DNA of 63,650 nucleotides, the filler included, from Reticulomyxa filosa (taxonomy: Eukaryota > Protista > Foraminifera), in the NCBI GenBank assembly GCA_000512085.1. It is 22 parts of 22 records of this genome, joined end to end, with 100 filler letters (N's around TTAATTAATTAA, not from the genome) between each part and the next. Parts side by side here need not be neighbours in the genome. Positions count along the whole stretch, not along the records: positions 61,866 to 63,650 come from ASPP01018785.1; 21 more parts are not named here. One strand, written 5' to 3'. The notes under the pieces are model-generated. The model worked only from the letters and a program-made list of their open reading frames with translations, did no database searches and had not been told where the DNA came from. Shown here in pieces: positions 61,919 to 63,650 of the stretch. Numbering within the stretch: the stretch's first letter is position 1; the number at the start of each line of letters is the position of its first letter. Made by a program: the position numbers and the translations under genes.

Positions 61919-62512
61919 ATAGTCTTCCAATCCGTCTTTAATGGCTCCCACCAGCAAGATAAAGACCAAAGGTGTCACACTTGTCCAAACACTGAAAGGG
62001 GTGATACCTGGGATCGTTTGAATGCCAATGATCATTAAAAAATAAATGTTGGCTATTCGACGGAACTTTTTTTTTTTTTTTTTTTATGAATAGCAAAGAC
62101 GAGAGGGGTACAGATGTACACATATACATACATACATACATACATATATTTTATATGTACTAATGTGTGTGTACCATTATGTGCATACTTGCTCAAACAG
62201 ATTCAATGGCACAAATGTCACCAAGGTATATTTGCTCGATACAATTACGTTGTTTGGGTAGACATAATCCGAGTTCTTCAAAAATGAGGGGTCGTTGATT
62301 AACAAATAATACGAATCTATCTCCGTGAGGTCATCACTTTTTGTTCTCGCTCTTGTCTTTTGCGTCGGGGTCAACCCCATTGTCTCTTTGTTTGGGTCGT
62401 ATTCACCCCTATCTGTCCCTCCACTCGTTTGTTCTGTGCGTGTTGTTTTCATGAGTTTCGATGCATCAAATCTATCTTCTTCGCTGTCGGAATCCACTTT
62501 ATTCGTCGCCAT
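61919..62512 (-). CDS. P4-type ATPase (phospholipid flippase), N-terminal exons
   Basis: YPNNVIVSSKYTLVTFVPLNLFEQ|FRRIANIYFL...TPLVFILLVGAIKDGLEDY. Confidence 0.9.
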
Positions 62513-63013
62513 TTTTTTTGTAATTTTTTATTATTATTATTATTATTATTATTGGAAGGTCTAAGGTTCGTTTGTCTGTTTTTTCAATGTATGGCCCTTT
62601 ACTCCAAAAAAAAGGAGTAAAGAAGTACAAAAATGGACAGTTGTACTTTCAAAGAAGTGAAAATAAGAAACACGTAAAATTGCATTACTTTTTTTTGTTT
62701 GCATTAGGATGCCTACCTCTGTAGATTACCAATTTACCGAATTAAAAAAAAAGTGGAGTGGCCAGTTGAAAAAAGAGAGTTTTTTGGCTTTGTTAATTTC
62801 GTTTGTCTTTCTCCAGCCACAAGTTTCACTGACTGTAAAAAGCAAGGAATAATTAAAAAATTTAAAAAAGACTCTTGATAGATTTTTGTTTTTTTTTTTT
62901 TTTTTGATATAAGAGTTTCATTTATTTATGCCAGACATCCAAAAACATGGGAGAAAAAAAAGGGGGGGAGGTATCAAAGAAAACGTTTGAATAAAAAATG
63001 TTGAAGTATATGT

Positions 63014-63630
63014 TTACAAGCGCTCACTGGTGATAAAACTAGACCGGGCAGGGTCTCCACTAAAGTCTAAATAGACGTCTTGCCCAGTGTTGACATAGCT
63101 ATCATTTTGATTCATAGGATTGATAGCAGCTTGTTGCAAGACATCGTGTTGTTGTTGTTGTTGTTGAGAAAGTTTTTTGGGATGGTGATGGGACGGCGTG
63201 TGTTCTCTTGACGTGGCAGCAGTAGCCGAGTGTGGTAAAGAATTGTCAATGGTGCGATAAGCGTCATGTCGAAAAGGAGGAGGAACGGACGAGGATCGTT
63301 TGGGTTTGGCTTGAAGGAGAATTTGCGCTCGGACGAGTTTGTGATGTCGCACTTTTTCAAAGGCATACCAAACGATGGCAAAAAGTGCCAATGGATAGCC
63401 AATCCAAGACACGGTCACAAATGTGTACGACATCATCACCGCGGAAAACGCGATCACAATCAAGCCACTAGTTCCGGACAGTACCACATACGTTACACTC
63501 GACAATATACTTAGGAAGTACATTTCGCACCAATACACGACCACCGCTATGATCGCCGTGCTGCCAAAGCTTAAAAACATTTCAATCAGTTCATTCGTAT
63601 CCATGTGATGTTTCTGCAAATGTTGAACCT
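63014..63630 (-). CDS. DMT/SLC35 (nucleotide-sugar or triose-phosphate translocator-like) transporter, last exon
   Basis: SSVTYVVLSG...IVIAFSA...WIGYPLALFAIVWY final helices, then a polar poly-Q tail. Confidence 0.6.
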
Positions 63631-63650
63631 AGCATATAATATATGTATGT

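Overview
This window is not one continuous locus. It is 22 short contigs joined by 21 identical 100-bp spacers (44 N + TTAATTAATTAA + 44 N), so adjacency across a spacer means nothing. About 17 contigs come from an AT-rich, intron-rich protist. By inference it is a foraminiferan/rhizarian resembling Reticulomyxa, based on divergent alpha-tubulins and kelch, WD40 and caspase-like families with many degraded copies. Five contigs are bacterial. Two are AT-rich and Rickettsiales-like, one of them a plasmid par/rep module. Three are GC-rich proteobacterial: cimA+Fic, a FadN-like gene, and tetR(G)-tet(G) between a relaxase end and a LysR gene. Many single-base frameshifts fall in homopolymers and look like sequencing errors. 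The best novel candidate is one spliced gene (5834-11149, minus strand) fusing a degenerate Ras-like GTPase, PH, two C2 domains and a phosphatidylserine decarboxylase domain that has lost the catalytic Asp and His. Other highlights are a protist lamin with a CaaX box, caspase-like proteases with a shared PB1-like prodomain, a probable GPCR-PIPK, an alpha-tubulin with a charge-reversed H11'-H12 surface, unusual GTT donor and A-tract acceptor splice signals, and tet(G) in a Tn4371-like ICE cargo slot. All family calls come from motif recognition by eye; no database searches were run.
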